Shown here piece by piece: positions 37,613 through 51,705 of a stretch of 64,000 nt of DNA. The notes beneath the pieces are model-generated. The model was given only the letters and a program-made list of their open reading frames with translations, ran no database searches and was not told where the DNA came from. Each line of letters begins with the position of its first letter. Position 1 is the first letter of the stretch. The stretch is taken from the NCBI RefSeq assembly GCF_000143415.4, contig NW_003314297.1, forward strand, positions 1,518,890-1,582,889. Reading direction: 5' to 3'. Source of the DNA: Selaginella moellendorffii. Taxonomy: Eukaryota; Plantae; Lycopodiophyta. The position numbers were made by a program, and so were the translations under genes.

Positions 37613-39270
37613 TTTGGAGTTCTTTCAAAATATATTTAGTCTTAATTTGATTTTAAATTCTTTATTGTTTCAATCATGATTTCATGATTTTTTTCTATAA
37701 TGATACTTTAAACAGTTTGTTTTTTATACATGGTGTATCAAAGCATGATCTTTCCTGTCTTTAGTAGTTCACTACAGCCCCAATCATAAATCAAATAGGT
37801 TATGAACACCTTCATTAAAATTTCTAATGCCATAGATTTCTTCTAATATATAATGAAGAAGTGTAAATGAGTGCATAGTGCTCTTAGAACACAAATTATT
37901 TTTGTTTCATAAGCTTAATTATGAATGAAAGGTTTCGTGGGATGAGCTTAGTCATAAATAAGAGGAAAAAACTTCTCTCATTCAGGTTATAATCATACCA
38001 GAGGTTATAAAGATCATCTAAGTTACACCTCCAATAGAAGCATACAAATGAGGTTTATGCAGTACCCTATTTTCTTTCTCTTTCATTCATTTTTTAATAA
38101 TACCCTATTATAAGGAAGCTATTATTTACTCTAAACTTTAGAAGCACATATTGCAATGGATGCTAGTAGTGTGAGAAAGTTTCATTTAATAAGTTTCACA
38201 TTTCAATATATCAGTTTAGAACTATTGCTTGCATTGAAACTATTGTTTAAAGAGTTTATTTATCTCATCTTAATTTTCAATCTTTTAAAGCAAAACAAGA
38301 TGATAATTATTATTTGTGTGATTTTTTTTTTATTTAAGCCTTCACAACTATTGGCTAAGGCTCTTACAACACCAAATTAAAATGTTAAAATCACTAGTAG
38401 TTATAAGAGGAAGTTTAGAGTGATATAAAAAAGTTTTTGTTTCTTATTTAAATAACATATCTAACCATTTCATAAGTTACACAAAGCTTATATTAATTCC
38501 TTTAGAATCCTTCATCTATTATCCCATAAAGACTTATTAAACCATTTAAAGTTTAGGAGATGGTTGTTTTGGGTTTTACCCCTTAAATTTGGTCTCAAAT
38601 TTGATCTCAAACTCACTTTAATCTTCAACATTTCATAACACTTACCATATATTGATTTTTTTTTGTCCCTTTCTAAAAACTTATTTATCAATTGTTTCAT
38701 GTTTATTCTTTAAGCACTTTTTTGGGAGTTTCTCTCCCACTTTTAATTTTTCATGTCAAAGTAACATGTTATACTGTTACATTTCTACTTCAACCATAGC
38801 AATGTGATATTTTTAACTCCATTTTGGAAGTTAAAGATTTATGTATTACAACTCTACCACCCATAGATGAAGTTTAATATCTTTATTAGATGATAATATA
38901 ATTTTTGAAGTAATCCTATCATAAATTAAAATTTTATTTTCTATACAAAGCCAACATTGAAGGCTCACTATACCTTTAATAGGGTTTAGGGTATAAGCAA
39001 ACATACATGCTATAACATGTTTTAACAAGCATATAGTTATTAAATAAATTATAAATATATATTATATATACTGTACTCTTGGTCATATACTTATTATAAC
39101 AGTTTATATGTTTTATAAACAATCAAATTCAAAAACTTATATTCTATAGTTAAAGTTTTATATAAATAACTTCATATTCATGGTAATAAAATATATAAAT
39201 ATATATTTTATTTATAAATAGAGACTGAAAAATATTCTAGCCAAGAACATTCAAGTGAATCCACACTTCA

Positions 39271-39345
39271 TGTAGTGCATGTGATCATGGGATGAGATTT
39301 GGATATACTGTCACCATGGATCTTTGGAATCTTGGGGGATAAATG
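39271..39345 (+). repeat. Second copy of the LTR-start sequence at 36631
   Basis: TGTA..CATGTGATCATGGGATGA.ATTT.GATATACT.TCAC.ATG.ATC.TTG.AA..TTGGGGGATAA shared. Confidence 0.8.
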
Positions 39346-40385
39346 GGGATAAAACAGCCATTAAGAGCTCTCTCATCAAACAATTACCCCTTTTTTAATT
39401 GACTTAAGGGGAAAGAGATAAAATGCGCTACACTTTATTTGCTCTGATCCCTTTAAATTTTCTAGATTATTGTGCTTGGAATTTTTACATTTAAACTAAA
39501 TGCAAAACCAAAGGGAAAAAAGCAAAAAAGTTACCCCTTCCAAACATGTGTGAAATCAAGATTTGGAGATTAATCAATTATATTTTTTTTCTAAAGTTTT
39601 TCTCTATTATACTTTGTGATAATGAACTGTTGCTTGGGATCTAATTAAAGATATATAAGCTCCAATCATTTCCAACTCATAAATTTCACTATTGACTTTC
39701 TAGTGATTTGTGTTCTCTCAATTTTTTTCCTTGTGTATATCATGATGCAAGACTTTTTCTCTTCAATAGCAATTTGTAATGGTAATTAATCCAAGCTTTC
39801 CTCCATAAGTTTTTCTCCATTCTAGTGGTAGTGGTCATGAAAGAAGCATTGTAAACAAAGTTAAACAAGAAATTCAATACTAGATATCCATACAAGCTAA
39901 AGCAGGAATAACTAGATGACTTTTTGTTCCACTTCCTTTTATTAGTGGATCATGCAAGCCTTGAAGATCTGCTCCCTCATGTTTGGTGCAATGATTAAAT
40001 GATAAAAACAAAATACTAAAAATGGGCTAAAAAAATATTTAAATATAACTGTATCATAAAATCAGTACCTCCATCTTTAGGGTATTTTTTATTTCAAAGT
40101 AAAGACTTTGCTTTGCTAAATTACCCCTCAATAAATTTTGCCAACACTTACTACAATAGAAATTTCCTGACCCTTTTATGGGTTTTGGAAATTACTTTTT
40201 TAATACCATTATATTGGGAGATGCCAATGAATATTTTACAACCAAGAAATCTGATTTTTTCTAGCCAATTGCAAGCCACTAGATGAACTAGTTTGTCTTT
40301 ATTTGTTTGCTTATATTTGATTGACTTCATTTGAGTTCTTAATTGTCTTCTGTTATTTTGAATTTGATTTATACAGTGACAGCCA

Positions 40386-40540
40386 TTGATAAACGCCTCG
40401 GTGACAACCAGGCTTAGGAAGCCCATCCATCATGGCGACCAGGGCATGCCACCGCTCAGCTTGGGCTGTGATAGGTCCAATCGCTCTGCTGTCCGGACAC
40501 TTGCTGATGAACATGGCGCGTTGCATCGTTGCAAAGTTAC
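40386..40540 (-). pseudogene. Decayed duplicate of the ELIP 3' end
   Basis: Near-identical to 41444-41611 (PDSRAIGP..AERW, GFLSLVVTEAFIN) with a 4-nt frameshift and deletions. Confidence 0.88.
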
Positions 40541-41415
40541 CAGCATTCAAAGTGTTGCCGGCAATATATTGAAAGCCCTAAATTGTACAAATATAATTCC
40601 TCTTGTCTGCGCTGTGGCCGTCACCATTGACTGGTTGATTTCTGGCAACATCTGTTGCTCACACTATTCAACAGATGGACGCAGCAATGCAAGCTATCAG
40701 ATGGGCCATGACTATGACGTCTGTCGCCAAGCCCTCAAAACACGAAGGCAGACAGAGCGGACCTCGGCGGATATCGGGTACGCATGAATGAACAGTAAAG
40801 CACGAACCAGAGTGGCGCAGGCTGCACACCGTGAATGATTCAGTCACTGCTCTGGATGATCGCTGCAAAGTATCGATCGAGTCTAGAGAGCAGATAACTA
40901 GCATGATGGCCGAAAAACGCTTCTTCCCAATTCCGATGATCTCCAAGAGCAATGGCTGATCGAGCCGCTGAGTACGCGGCACAAACAGGATGTGCCGTCC
41001 TACGCAGAGACAACAAGGAGAAGATGACCCCTTCTGGGAGCCGGCAACGCAAGCTCCCTTGCGAATCATACACTTCAGATAAGTTTCTGCCCGTGACCTA
41101 CTGCTTTTTCGCTCTGGAACGACGATCGTGGACAACGAATTCAGGCAAAGGCATATGCCTTGGAAAGCAAAGATCAAGATTTCTTTGTAGGATCGGGGCA
41201 CATTTTGGTAGAGGATAAGAAATGAGGAAGGTAGGGATTATAGAGTTCAACCGGTTCTGACAATAACCACGAGGGACCCGAAGTTCTCACAAGCCAGCAT
41301 CCATTTCTAAGGAAGAAAACTTTACGCACTTTCGACTATTTTGAAAGCATGGAAGGGTAAAAAAGATAATCAATTTGGTCTCTTCAAACAAGGTACTACT
41401 ATGTACACAGTAAAT

Positions 41416-42179
41416 TTACATGTGGAGGTTGAAGACCGGGGTGTTGATAAAGGCCTCGGTGACAACCAGGCTTAGGAAGCCCATCATGGCGAGCCGGCCA
41501 TTCCACCGCTCGGCTTTGGCTGTGAAAGGTCCAATCGCTCTGCTGTCCGGACTCTCGCCGTTGAACATGGTCACCAATGACGCGTACATGAAGAGCTGCA
41601 CCATTGCAAAGTAGTAGAACAATCCGTTGTTCCCGGGTGCGTACAGCAGCTGTGCGACTGTCTCCCCCGTCAACTTCTCAGCGACGAATGCCCAGACGAG
41701 ACCTAGCATTGCCTGTTCAAGGTGTTCAAGTTGGATTAAGAAATCCAAATTCTAGGAAGCTGAGCATTATAGATACTTACCAGTCGGCCATTGATCGTCT
41801 CCGGTCCAGGGCCATCAAATGCCATCAAGCTTCCGAAGTCTCTGGCACCAGTTTCGGGCCTGCGCTCTACCTCGGGTCGCGGGTAGCTCCAGTCGGGACT
41901 CTGAGCCTGGGATTGGGGAATCGAGAGTGGGATGTTTTCTGGGCGCTCCGACTTGGTCCCTTCCTGATGCTTCTCCACACTTTCTCGGGTGATCTTCTTC
42001 TTGGTCTTTTCCAGCAAGTCGCCAGCATTCTGCTGCTGCTGTGATGCTCGGACTACAATGCAGCGTGAGAGCCGGCTCGAGGCATTGTGACTTCCTCGGA
42101 GCCTGGAATCAGAAGAAGGGGTGAGCGAAGACAGTGCCGTAGGCAGAGGGATGCCTCTCGCTGCAACAGTGCTAGCCAT
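41416..42179 (-). CDS. ELIP: Early light-induced protein (LHC family, three helices)
   Basis: Transit peptide; AFDGPGPETINGRL|AMLG and AERWNGRLAMMGF; one intron 41713-41780. Confidence 0.93.
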
Positions 42180-42586
42180 TATGAATTCTACAGAAATCAG
42201 ATAATTGCTCAAGAATGAATTGGGATGAGCCTGGAAGAATCTAGAGCTTATTGGGGAGCGCTTGCTGTTCTAGCTTGCTATGTTTGAAGCTGTGCTGAAC
42301 AATGGTGGTGAATTTATAAGGACTTCAGGCTTAACTGGCAGCTGGTGGGACGTCCAGGTGGCATGATCGTGTCAAAAAGCGAATCTGTAGTGGTGTCTCA
42401 AATTTTGCGGTGAAAAATGGGTGGTATGTAATCTTCCCATTTCTGGAATCTTCACGTACGCCCCGTGGGTACCACGACCGTGGCGATTTCGACGACTGAC
42501 GGATTGATCGCTAGAAGTATCGCTCCTTTAAGATTGTGCTTACTCCTACATCTAAAGAACAATTTTCTAGCACCATTTATCATTAA

Positions 42587-44533
42587 CTACGTCAACCGAG
42601 CACCAGCCGCGTAAGCATTAGCCAGTTTCACGTAAGTGGTGGCTTGGTCAGGCTCAAGCTCCATTAGTTGCTCCGCTGCGAGCTCGCCAACTTGAACATC
42701 GTCATAAGCCATAGAAGCACCCAGCAAAGCTCCCCATGCAGCACAGTCCGGCATGAAAGGTACACTGAGAAGAAGATCCCGAGCTCTATTCAACTGCCCT
42801 GCGCGGCCAAAGGCGTCAACAAGACAAGTGTAGTGGTCAGGAACAGGATGAATTCCATGGTCGGAGACCATGGAGAGGAAGTATTCTCGGCCAGTTTCGA
42901 CCCATCCCATATGGCTGCAGGCATTCAAGACGGTGACGAAGCTCACCTCCTTACACTCCAGGCCATGAAGAATCATCGAGCTGAACAGCTGCAGTGCTTC
43001 CCGAGCTCGTCCTCCGGTGGCATAAGCCGAGAGCATGGTGGTCCAGGAAATCAGCCTCGGGGCGGGCATGGTGTCAAACATCAACTTGGCTCCATCCAAG
43101 CGGCCGTTGTCGGTGTAGCAACTTATCATACAGCTCCACAGGGCAGCGTTCCGCGGCTCCGGTGAAGCGTCGAAGAGTTTCCGAGCCTCGTCAACGTTTC
43201 CTGCTCTAGAGAAAGCCGTGATTATGATGAGCCAGGAGATCCAATCGCGCTTGGACATTGTTTCGAAGATCTCTCGAGCTCGCGCCAAGCTACCTCGCTC
43301 CGCGTGTGCCTGGACGAGAGAGTTATACGATGCCAGGTCCCAGGAGGGCATGAGCGAAAACACTTCTTCCGGACGATGGCTTCCATCTCCCGGGAGAAAA
43401 GCTAGCATCGAGTTCCAGGTGATGATGTTCCTCTCGGGCATCCAGTGGAAGAGTTCTTTGGCGAGATCTAGGTGCCCGTTTTGGCCGTAAGCCGCTACCA
43501 GTGCCGTGAGAGACACCACATTCCACTGGGACATTCTGTGGAGCATTTCTTGGGCTTCGCCGACGTAACCCCTCTGGCCGTACGCGGTGATCATCGCGTT
43601 CCAGGAGACAATGCTCCAGCATGGCGTACGGTCAAAGAGTTTCTTGGCCTCGTCAAAATCTCCAAACTGGGCAACCGCCTGGACGATCGCGTTCCAGGCT
43701 ACGACGTTGTGCTGTGGAAGGCGGTTAAATATCCCCCTCGCCACGTGGAGATTTCCGGCCGCGGTGCTGGCCGCCAGCATCACCGTCCACGTCACTACGT
43801 TCCGGCCGGATATTCCATCAAACAGTGCCTTTGCCTCCGCGAGATGCCCGTTCTGGGCATATGCCTCGATCATCGTCGTCCACGTCACCACGTCTCTGTG
43901 GTGGGAGTTGTCCTTGGCTATGGCCCTGGATTTCTCGACGATCTTCGCCATGCTCTCGAAGACGATCTTCGCTTGCTCGAATTCTCCGTGCTGGACGCAC
44001 GCCTGGATCATCGCATTGTAGGTCGCGGTGCTGCGCTCGCTCATCGAATCGAAGATTCTTCGAGCCGCCCGGAGATCGCCGCGCTCGCCATAGCCGGCGA
44101 GAAGCGCGTTCCAGGAGACGATGCTAGGCTCTTGGATCAGGTCGAAAATCCTCTGCGCCTCGTCAGGATCTCCCTCGTGGAAATATCCAGCGACGAGCGT
44201 GGTGCAAGACACGGCGTTCCACTGCGGCATCGCCGCCAATGCGCGCCTGGCGGCCTCGATCCGCCCGTTGTGGACGAGCGCCGCGACGAGAATGCTCCAG
44301 GAGAATGTGTTCTTCCCCCACGACGCATCGAAGACTGCCAAGGCGTCCTCGACGCTGCCGCATTTCCCATACATCTGGACGAGGAGATTGGCGAGGTAGA
44401 TGTCGCAGTGGTGTCCTCTCTCGACGATCCTCTCATGGATGATCCGGCCCTGGCAGAGGTCGCGCGCATCGCCAAAGTGCCTGAGGAGTCGGCTCCATTC
44501 CGATTTGAGGCCATCGAGCTCTGGAAATTTCAT
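42587..44533 (-). CDS. PLS-class pentatricopeptide repeat protein with partial E domain, no DYW
   Basis: Tandem ~31-aa VSWNAMI..Y/A..LFD.M repeats; FVTVLNACSH, HYTCLVD..GRAG, WGALLGA, YVKLANAYA; intronless. Confidence 0.95.
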   Translation of the reverse strand: MKFPELDGLKSEWSRLLRHFGDARDLCQGRIIHERIVERGHHCDIYLANLLVQMYGKCGSVEDALAVFDASWGKNTFSWSILVAALVHNGRIEAARRALAAMPQWNAVSCTTLVAGYFHEGDPDEAQRIFDLIQEPSIVSWNALLAGYGERGDLRAARRIFDSMSERSTATYNAMIQACVQHGEFEQAKIVFESMAKIVEKSRAIAKDNSHHRDVVTWTTMIEAYAQNGHLAEAKALFDGISGRNVVTWTVMLAASTAAGNLHVARGIFNRLPQHNVVAWNAIVQAVAQFGDFDEAKKLFDRTPCWSIVSWNAMITAYGQRGYVGEAQEMLHRMSQWNVVSLTALVAAYGQNGHLDLAKELFHWMPERNIITWNSMLAFLPGDGSHRPEEVFSLMPSWDLASYNSLVQAHAERGSLARAREIFETMSKRDWISWLIIITAFSRAGNVDEARKLFDASPEPRNAALWSCMISCYTDNGRLDGAKLMFDTMPAPRLISWTTMLSAYATGGRAREALQLFSSMILHGLECKEVSFVTVLNACSHMGWVETGREYFLSMVSDHGIHPVPDHYTCLVDAFGRAGQLNRARDLLLSVPFMPDCAAWGALLGASMAYDDVQVGELAAEQLMELEPDQATTYVKLANAYAAGARLT

Positions 44534-44610
44534 AGACCAGGAGGCGGCATCTTTTAGGGTTCTTCATTTTCACTCGGGTAGGTTTTTGGTGTGCGCCAAG
44601 AGATCGATCT

Positions 44611-46220
<1,610 letters not shown>

Positions 46221-47216
46221 ATAGCCGTCCCAGCTTTGCAGGAGCGCACAAGAAGAGAAAAGAGTCACGCCGGGCAGTAGACAGCCGCCTGCAAAAGCAT
46301 AGGTATTTTACTCTCTCGCGCGCAGCACCGGCCTGGCTAGACTTTTCTTTTGAGCTTTCTTTATTTTCCCCTTGTTATAAGGCTTTCTCACTCGCACTTT
46401 GAAAGGCTAAAGCACGGTTTGAAAGCTCTGGTCCTGTGTAGGAGAGGAACGAGTCTCGCAACTCGAGACCACGGGGTCTACTGCTGCTATGCCGAGGAGC
46501 TCCTCGATCGCATTAAAGTAAGTGTTTCCTTTTGGTGCTGTTCCAATCTTTCGGCCGCTAGGAATCAGGAGAGATGGCTTTCACTTGACAGCCATTAAGT
46601 TCGAAGACTCACTGCCGAGTCGAAGAACTGGATCGAGAGAAAACAAGCGGAAAGAACGGTGGAAAACACTTTCCCGTACATGTCATAGTCGTGGCGGCAT
46701 CTAGGCCGTTACATCCTGTACGGTCGGATGTGTGTCAATACTTTCCTGGTACTGTATGTACGCATCACGGGCATATTCTGGTTGAGGCTGTATATTATTG
46801 CGGATGGGTTGATTGGCTCGCGTTGTTCTTCATTGAATTTATCCCAGAGCGAGCAAGGAAAGAGGGCGGGCGGTGTGACGTAAAAGCATATAGCTGGTGG
46901 ATGGATGCTGCTCGGGATTGAATTGCTCTTCTCGCTTTTCTCCTCTCCTGGCATTGATTTCCATCAAGAATCCGCACGGAAAGAGCAGGGCATTTTTTCT
47001 TTTCCCTTCCCTTTCGCTGGAGATCTCTCACCTCCTTGAATCACTCCCAGGTTTCGGTCCATCGTAGAGGATTTAATTGAATCGAATCGTGTCGCTGCTG
47101 CAATCCAGTCGCTCGCGCGAATCCGTGCGCCGATGCCCTGCGCGGGCATTTGTTGCGAGACTCTCTCGCCTTAAAGAGGGAAGACCACACAAACAGGGGA
47201 GAAGAAGAAGGAAGCA

Positions 47217-48152
47217 ATGGGGAATTTGATGTCTTGCGTTTTAATCTGTGGAGCGATGGAGGTTGTCCAGGTGGTGAACACGAATGGCAGAGTAGAGCGG
47301 CTAATCCGCCCGATTCGAGCGGCGGAGCTCATCTGGGCGCAGGAGAAGTACAGAGCGGCGGCGCTGGCAGCAGGTCTAAACTCCATTCCCAATCCATCCC
47401 TCTCCATTCTTCCTTCTTCGTCCTCGTCCTCGTCTCCTCCTCGCTCATCGTCAACAGAGGAGGACAAGCTCAAGCTTGCCAAGTGCCTCAGCGCCGAGGA
47501 TTCCAATCCCAAATTCCTGCTGCTGCCGCTGGATCCCTCCGCCGCCACCACCAGGAGCTCCAGCGCCGAGGTGGGGTGCCGTGCCTACAAGTTCCAGTGC
47601 CACTCGCAGGAGAATGTGAGCGTCGCCCCCGCCGCCCATCAGGAGGCCAAGAGCTCCAAGCAGCAGCGGAGCCGTTCCAAGAGTGACGCTCAAGCTCCGC
47701 CACCCCCGCCCAAACCAGCGGCGGAGCAATCCACTCGCGGCGCCGCCAATCACCCGCCATTCCGGGTGAAGAAGGAAGGCGGGGTGACGACGCTGGTGGT
47801 TTCCAAGCGCTACTTGGAGCAGCTCTTGGTGGAGAAGGAGATGAAAGCGGCGGACGCGGTGGCGGCGGCGGATATTCTCCAAGATCACAACTATCTTCCG
47901 CGTAAGGTTGGTGGCGGCGGTGGCGCCGCCAAGCACTCGCGGAGATCTAGCAGGTCTTCTTCTTCTTGTGGTTCTTCCTCCGGCTCGTCTTCCGGAAGAT
48001 CGGGCATTTGGAGGCCTGCGCTGGAGAGCATCTCCGAGAGTCACAATGCGCATGGTGGTGGTGGAGATCAGATTGGTTCTGGTAGCCATAGCCATAGCCA
48101 CCACCACCACCACTACCACCACCAGCAGAGACAAAGCGTTGCGAGGAATTGA
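47217..48152 (+). CDS. PADRE/DUF4228 family protein, copy B (intronless, His-rich tail)
   Basis: MGNLMSCVLICGA, GRVERLIRP, EGGVTTLVVSKRYL, WRPALESISE; paralog of 25602-26432. Confidence 0.85.
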   Translation: MGNLMSCVLICGAMEVVQVVNTNGRVERLIRPIRAAELIWAQEKYRAAALAAGLNSIPNPSLSILPSSSSSSSPPRSSSTEEDKLKLAKCLSAEDSNPKFLLLPLDPSAATTRSSSAEVGCRAYKFQCHSQENVSVAPAAHQEAKSSKQQRSRSKSDAQAPPPPPKPAAEQSTRGAANHPPFRVKKEGGVTTLVVSKRYLEQLLVEKEMKAADAVAAADILQDHNYLPRKVGGGGGAAKHSRRSSRSSSSCGSSSGSSSGRSGIWRPALESISESHNAHGGGGDQIGSGSHSHSHHHHHYHHQQRQSVARN

Positions 48153-49326
48153 TCGCGTTCTTTTGGAACGATCGAGCCGACAGTTTTTAGCGATGGGCTG
48201 CTTGCTCCGAATCGATCGATGATCGGACTTCGTGAACATATGGCAACAAAAAGTTCGGTTCCTTTTTTTTTTTTTTGCTTCTCTCTCTCCTCTCTCTAAA
48301 ATCAGCTCTTTTGTAAATATCAAAGCTTATAGAACCTAGAGAATTTGGAGCCAGAGCTTATGATCTATAATATTTAGTATCTGTTCTTGTCTATTTCTCG
48401 CGTTCCTCTCGAGATCATTTTTTGTGTTCTTTTGGTGCTAACCATGTATTGCGTTGGAGAAATCAATCCAAAGTTATTGTCCATGTCTTGGCATTTGACA
48501 AACTGCGTTTCCTATGATTTACAGTACTTCGCATGGAGTGAATTTCTTGAGCTTTCCATCATGAAAACTTGGATGTTCCATCTATTATTCCTCCCAAAAA
48601 AATCTAGAGAATAGCTATTTTATTCCCCGGAAAAGATGAGCAAAATAAAAGGTGGTGGACCCGAACTTCCCTTTAAAGCTCAATCGCTCGCATGGACAGT
48701 GACAAATCGAATTTACTCTCAGTCCCCACACCCGACTGACGGCTAGTTTGGAGCCCAGGCCAATTGGCCTTTGGGTCGAGAGATTGTGATGGATCAACCA
48801 AGGAACTTACGGGATGAGATCAACACGCAAGAGAGAGCTTGTAAACTACATGTTGTCAAACGAACAAAACTGAGACCATGTGCTATATCATCAATTCCTG
48901 GTGAGCCATGAATTCTAATGCTATCTATACATTGCATGAAGAACAATACTCTAGAATTCATTACTATTTTCATGGCCTTGTTAGTCAAGATTCGTTGCTG
49001 GTCGTCCGGGGGGTTAAAATTGAGCGTACCGAGGAGTCAAAACAAAGAAGCCATGGGTACTCACTCAATCATTGACTTGCCCAGCCTAAAATGATTATAA
49101 AAACTATCATGAGTTCGTATGCATTGAAAATTCTACAAAAAGCCTTGCATTGCATCGTTTGGTGGACTGTCGACGTTGGCAAAGGCTTTAACCTCCAAAT
49201 GTGGTGTCTCTGTGGCTAGAGATATTTTCTGCAAATAGCAAAGCAACTTTTAGGTCAGAACAGGGGCCCTGCTTTTAGGGCTCTGTCTCTTTGTTTTGGG
49301 GCCTACATTTTTAGGGTTACTGTCCG

Positions 49327-51223
49327 ATGGAGGATGCGCAGAGGATTTTGCTCGAGGCGCTGGAGCTGGCTGGGATCGTGATGCCGCCGGGAGTGGCGTC
49401 TGTGCACGACATTGGCCCTGCTGCGCTCATTTCGATGTGCTCGCAGGCGCTGCGGATCATCGGCGGCGACGGATACAGGGAGGAGGTCTACATGCCTGGA
49501 TCTGTGCCACAATCGGTGTCGGTACGATTTAGAGTGTGTATGCAGCTGGCTGAGGGAGTGACGCAGCTCGGTTACCGCGAGAATCTTAACTTCCATCAGG
49601 TAAGCACATCGTGTTCAGTTTGTTTTGCTTGGACGTAGCACAATTCATGAGATCTCGTTCTTCTTTCCTTCGTGTTAGACAACATCAGAAGATAGAATTG
49701 CATGGCTGGTTTTTTCTTTTTCTTTGCAAGAAGTTGATTTCACTTTTGGCAGGAGCTGGTCGCAGTTCCTTTACCCAAACGAAACTGATGTGCACCGCCT
49801 CCTCCGGTTTCTACTCGAAAAGATTTCCAAAACAACGCCAAGCTCGAGTCATGGTCGAACAAATCGTAGACGGAAGAGTATGACGTCGAGAAAAGAAACT
49901 GGCACTTCTAACATTGATGCTGTGGTTAGACAAGCCTTGCTGGGGTGGTCTGACACAGAAGAGAAAGTTCTTCCTTATCGTACGTTGGGCAACGACTCGG
50001 ATGATGACGCTGAGAATGTTTCGTCGACTTTCAGTTCAGAAGATCCAGGGGGAGATGGTCGTACAAGCAAAGAGTATGACGGCCAGCCCCGAATCATCAC
50101 CGGAGGAAAGTTTTTGGAGATGACCCCAGACAAGGAGAAGCTCTATATCGAACTGCTGAGCGAGTTGAAAGAAACTCAAGGAAAGGTAGCCAAACGAACT
50201 TTGTGCTGTAACTGCTTTTAAGCTTGTGCCTTACCGCTCTGGTAGATTGCAAAATACGAGAAAGATAACTCCGAAGGCTACGTATCGGTTGCCGAGGAAG
50301 AGAAGAAAGCTCGGCTCGCTGAGGATGATTTACTGGTTTTGCAACAGGCTGTTAAGCTGATAAAAAGCTGCTCAAGTCCGCACTCGGCTCTGGAGAAGCT
50401 CGAGTCTGATATAGAGACGAGCCAGAAATCTTTTGATCTTGCACAAAAGCATTGGTACGTGCTCAATATTTTGTTAAGCCATTTCAGATTTGTTTTCCAT
50501 TCAGGGAAATGGGGAAGGAGCATTACGAGAAAGAAATAAGTGATTCTCAACGCTCGCTGGAAATATTGTCAAATCAATCGACGACGATTCTGGAGGAGAA
50601 AATGTTGAAAGAGATAGAGGATATCTCCTTAAAGGTCGCCGCAAGGTACCACCGTTTTCTTATTGTAGCCGTGTAAGCAAAAACTCAACGACAGGAAAGA
50701 AGAGCTGGCATCGTTGACGACAAGGCTTGCTAATTGTCCCAAGCAGGCGCCGAAAGGCAGCTACGTCCGTCGCATCACAGAGCTAGTGAAGAACAGCAAA
50801 AAGCAAGAGACGGATGTGACAAAGATCATTCACGAGACACGCATTCTTCAGAGAGATTACAATGCGACACAAGAGCGGCTTGGGAGAATCCACCTCCTGG
50901 TTGACGAGCTCATCTTCAGGTGCGCTAAAGTCTCTGTAATGCTAGTGTTTTTCATAAACTCATGTATGACTTCGTCCAGGGACGCCAAGATTGAGCCGCA
51001 GTGCAGGCTGGCTTACAGGATCCTGAGCGGCATGCACGAGAGCTTTGGTGGCCTTGTGGAGAAAGTCCTTGAGATGGACAAGTTGGACCGGGAAATAGCG
51101 GACCTTGAAGCAAAGCTGGAAGGATGTGAGCAGGAAATCGCGGACATTGACAAAGTAAAGGACGATCTCAACGCAATTGTATCCGAGAACAAACTCCTGG
51201 AAACGAAGAGGAGAGGACAGTGA
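49327..51223 (+). CDS. CCDC22: Coiled-coil domain-containing protein 22 homolog (CCC/Commander subunit)
   Basis: RFRVCMQLAEGVTQLGY..NFHQ|FLYPNETDVHRLLRFLLEKI; SYVRRITELVKNSKKQETD; LVDELIFRDAK. Confidence 0.85.
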
Positions 51224-51632
51224 AAGCCGATCTTCCGGTATGTAGAATTTTACGCAATGCGGGAGACGCCTGTCCGGCAGTGAAGACGCACTTCCGTGGT
51301 GTCGTCTCATTTAAAGAACCGGACGCCATGATCAAAGGTATGATCTTTTAAGATGCATCAATGGATCGAGCTCCTTTCACTCACTTCTAGATTAAAAAGA
51401 AGGATTCGAAGTCATCGGTGGTGTCACTCTCCCAATTTTCAACACGCGCTCTACCATTGAGAATGAGGTACTTTAGTAGAAAAGAAAAAGGGCTAATGAT
51501 GTTACGCAATTAGGAGATGCTTGGGAAATATATGCTGTGTTAAGCCCTTTTTAGGGTCCTAATAGAGCTCTCTCTGTTTCTTTTTAGCAGCGCTGCCTCG
51601 GCGATTGGATTGGGAATTCCATCGATTTTCTG

Positions 51633-51674
51633 ATGAGAGCGTCCAATCCGCTCCATGACGAGGCGAGGCGGCAC

Positions 51675-51705
<31 letters not shown>

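Larger units (their letters stand above)
35760..40350. mobile_element. AT-rich, CpG-depleted block of decayed transposon/LTR remnants
   Basis: Abrupt compositional shift; about half a dozen CG dinucleotides in ~4.6 kb by eye; LTR-like ends and repeats inside; no credible ORF. Confidence 0.75.

Noticed and set aside
39780-39925. Ty3/gypsy reverse transcriptase remnant (VINPS..ILVVV..KLNK..RYP..LDD)
   Set aside because: Needs frameshifts and stops in AT-rich DNA; too weak to call without a profile search
40600-41220. Short ORFs between the ELIP fragment and ELIP
   Set aside because: No recognisable motifs or consistent frame; possibly another relic but unsupported
43472-44557. 361-aa ORF antisense to the PPR
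   Set aside because: Shadow ORF expected from GC-rich codon usage; no motifs
47451-48323. 290-aa ORF antisense to PADRE-B
   Set aside because: GC-rich low-complexity shadow
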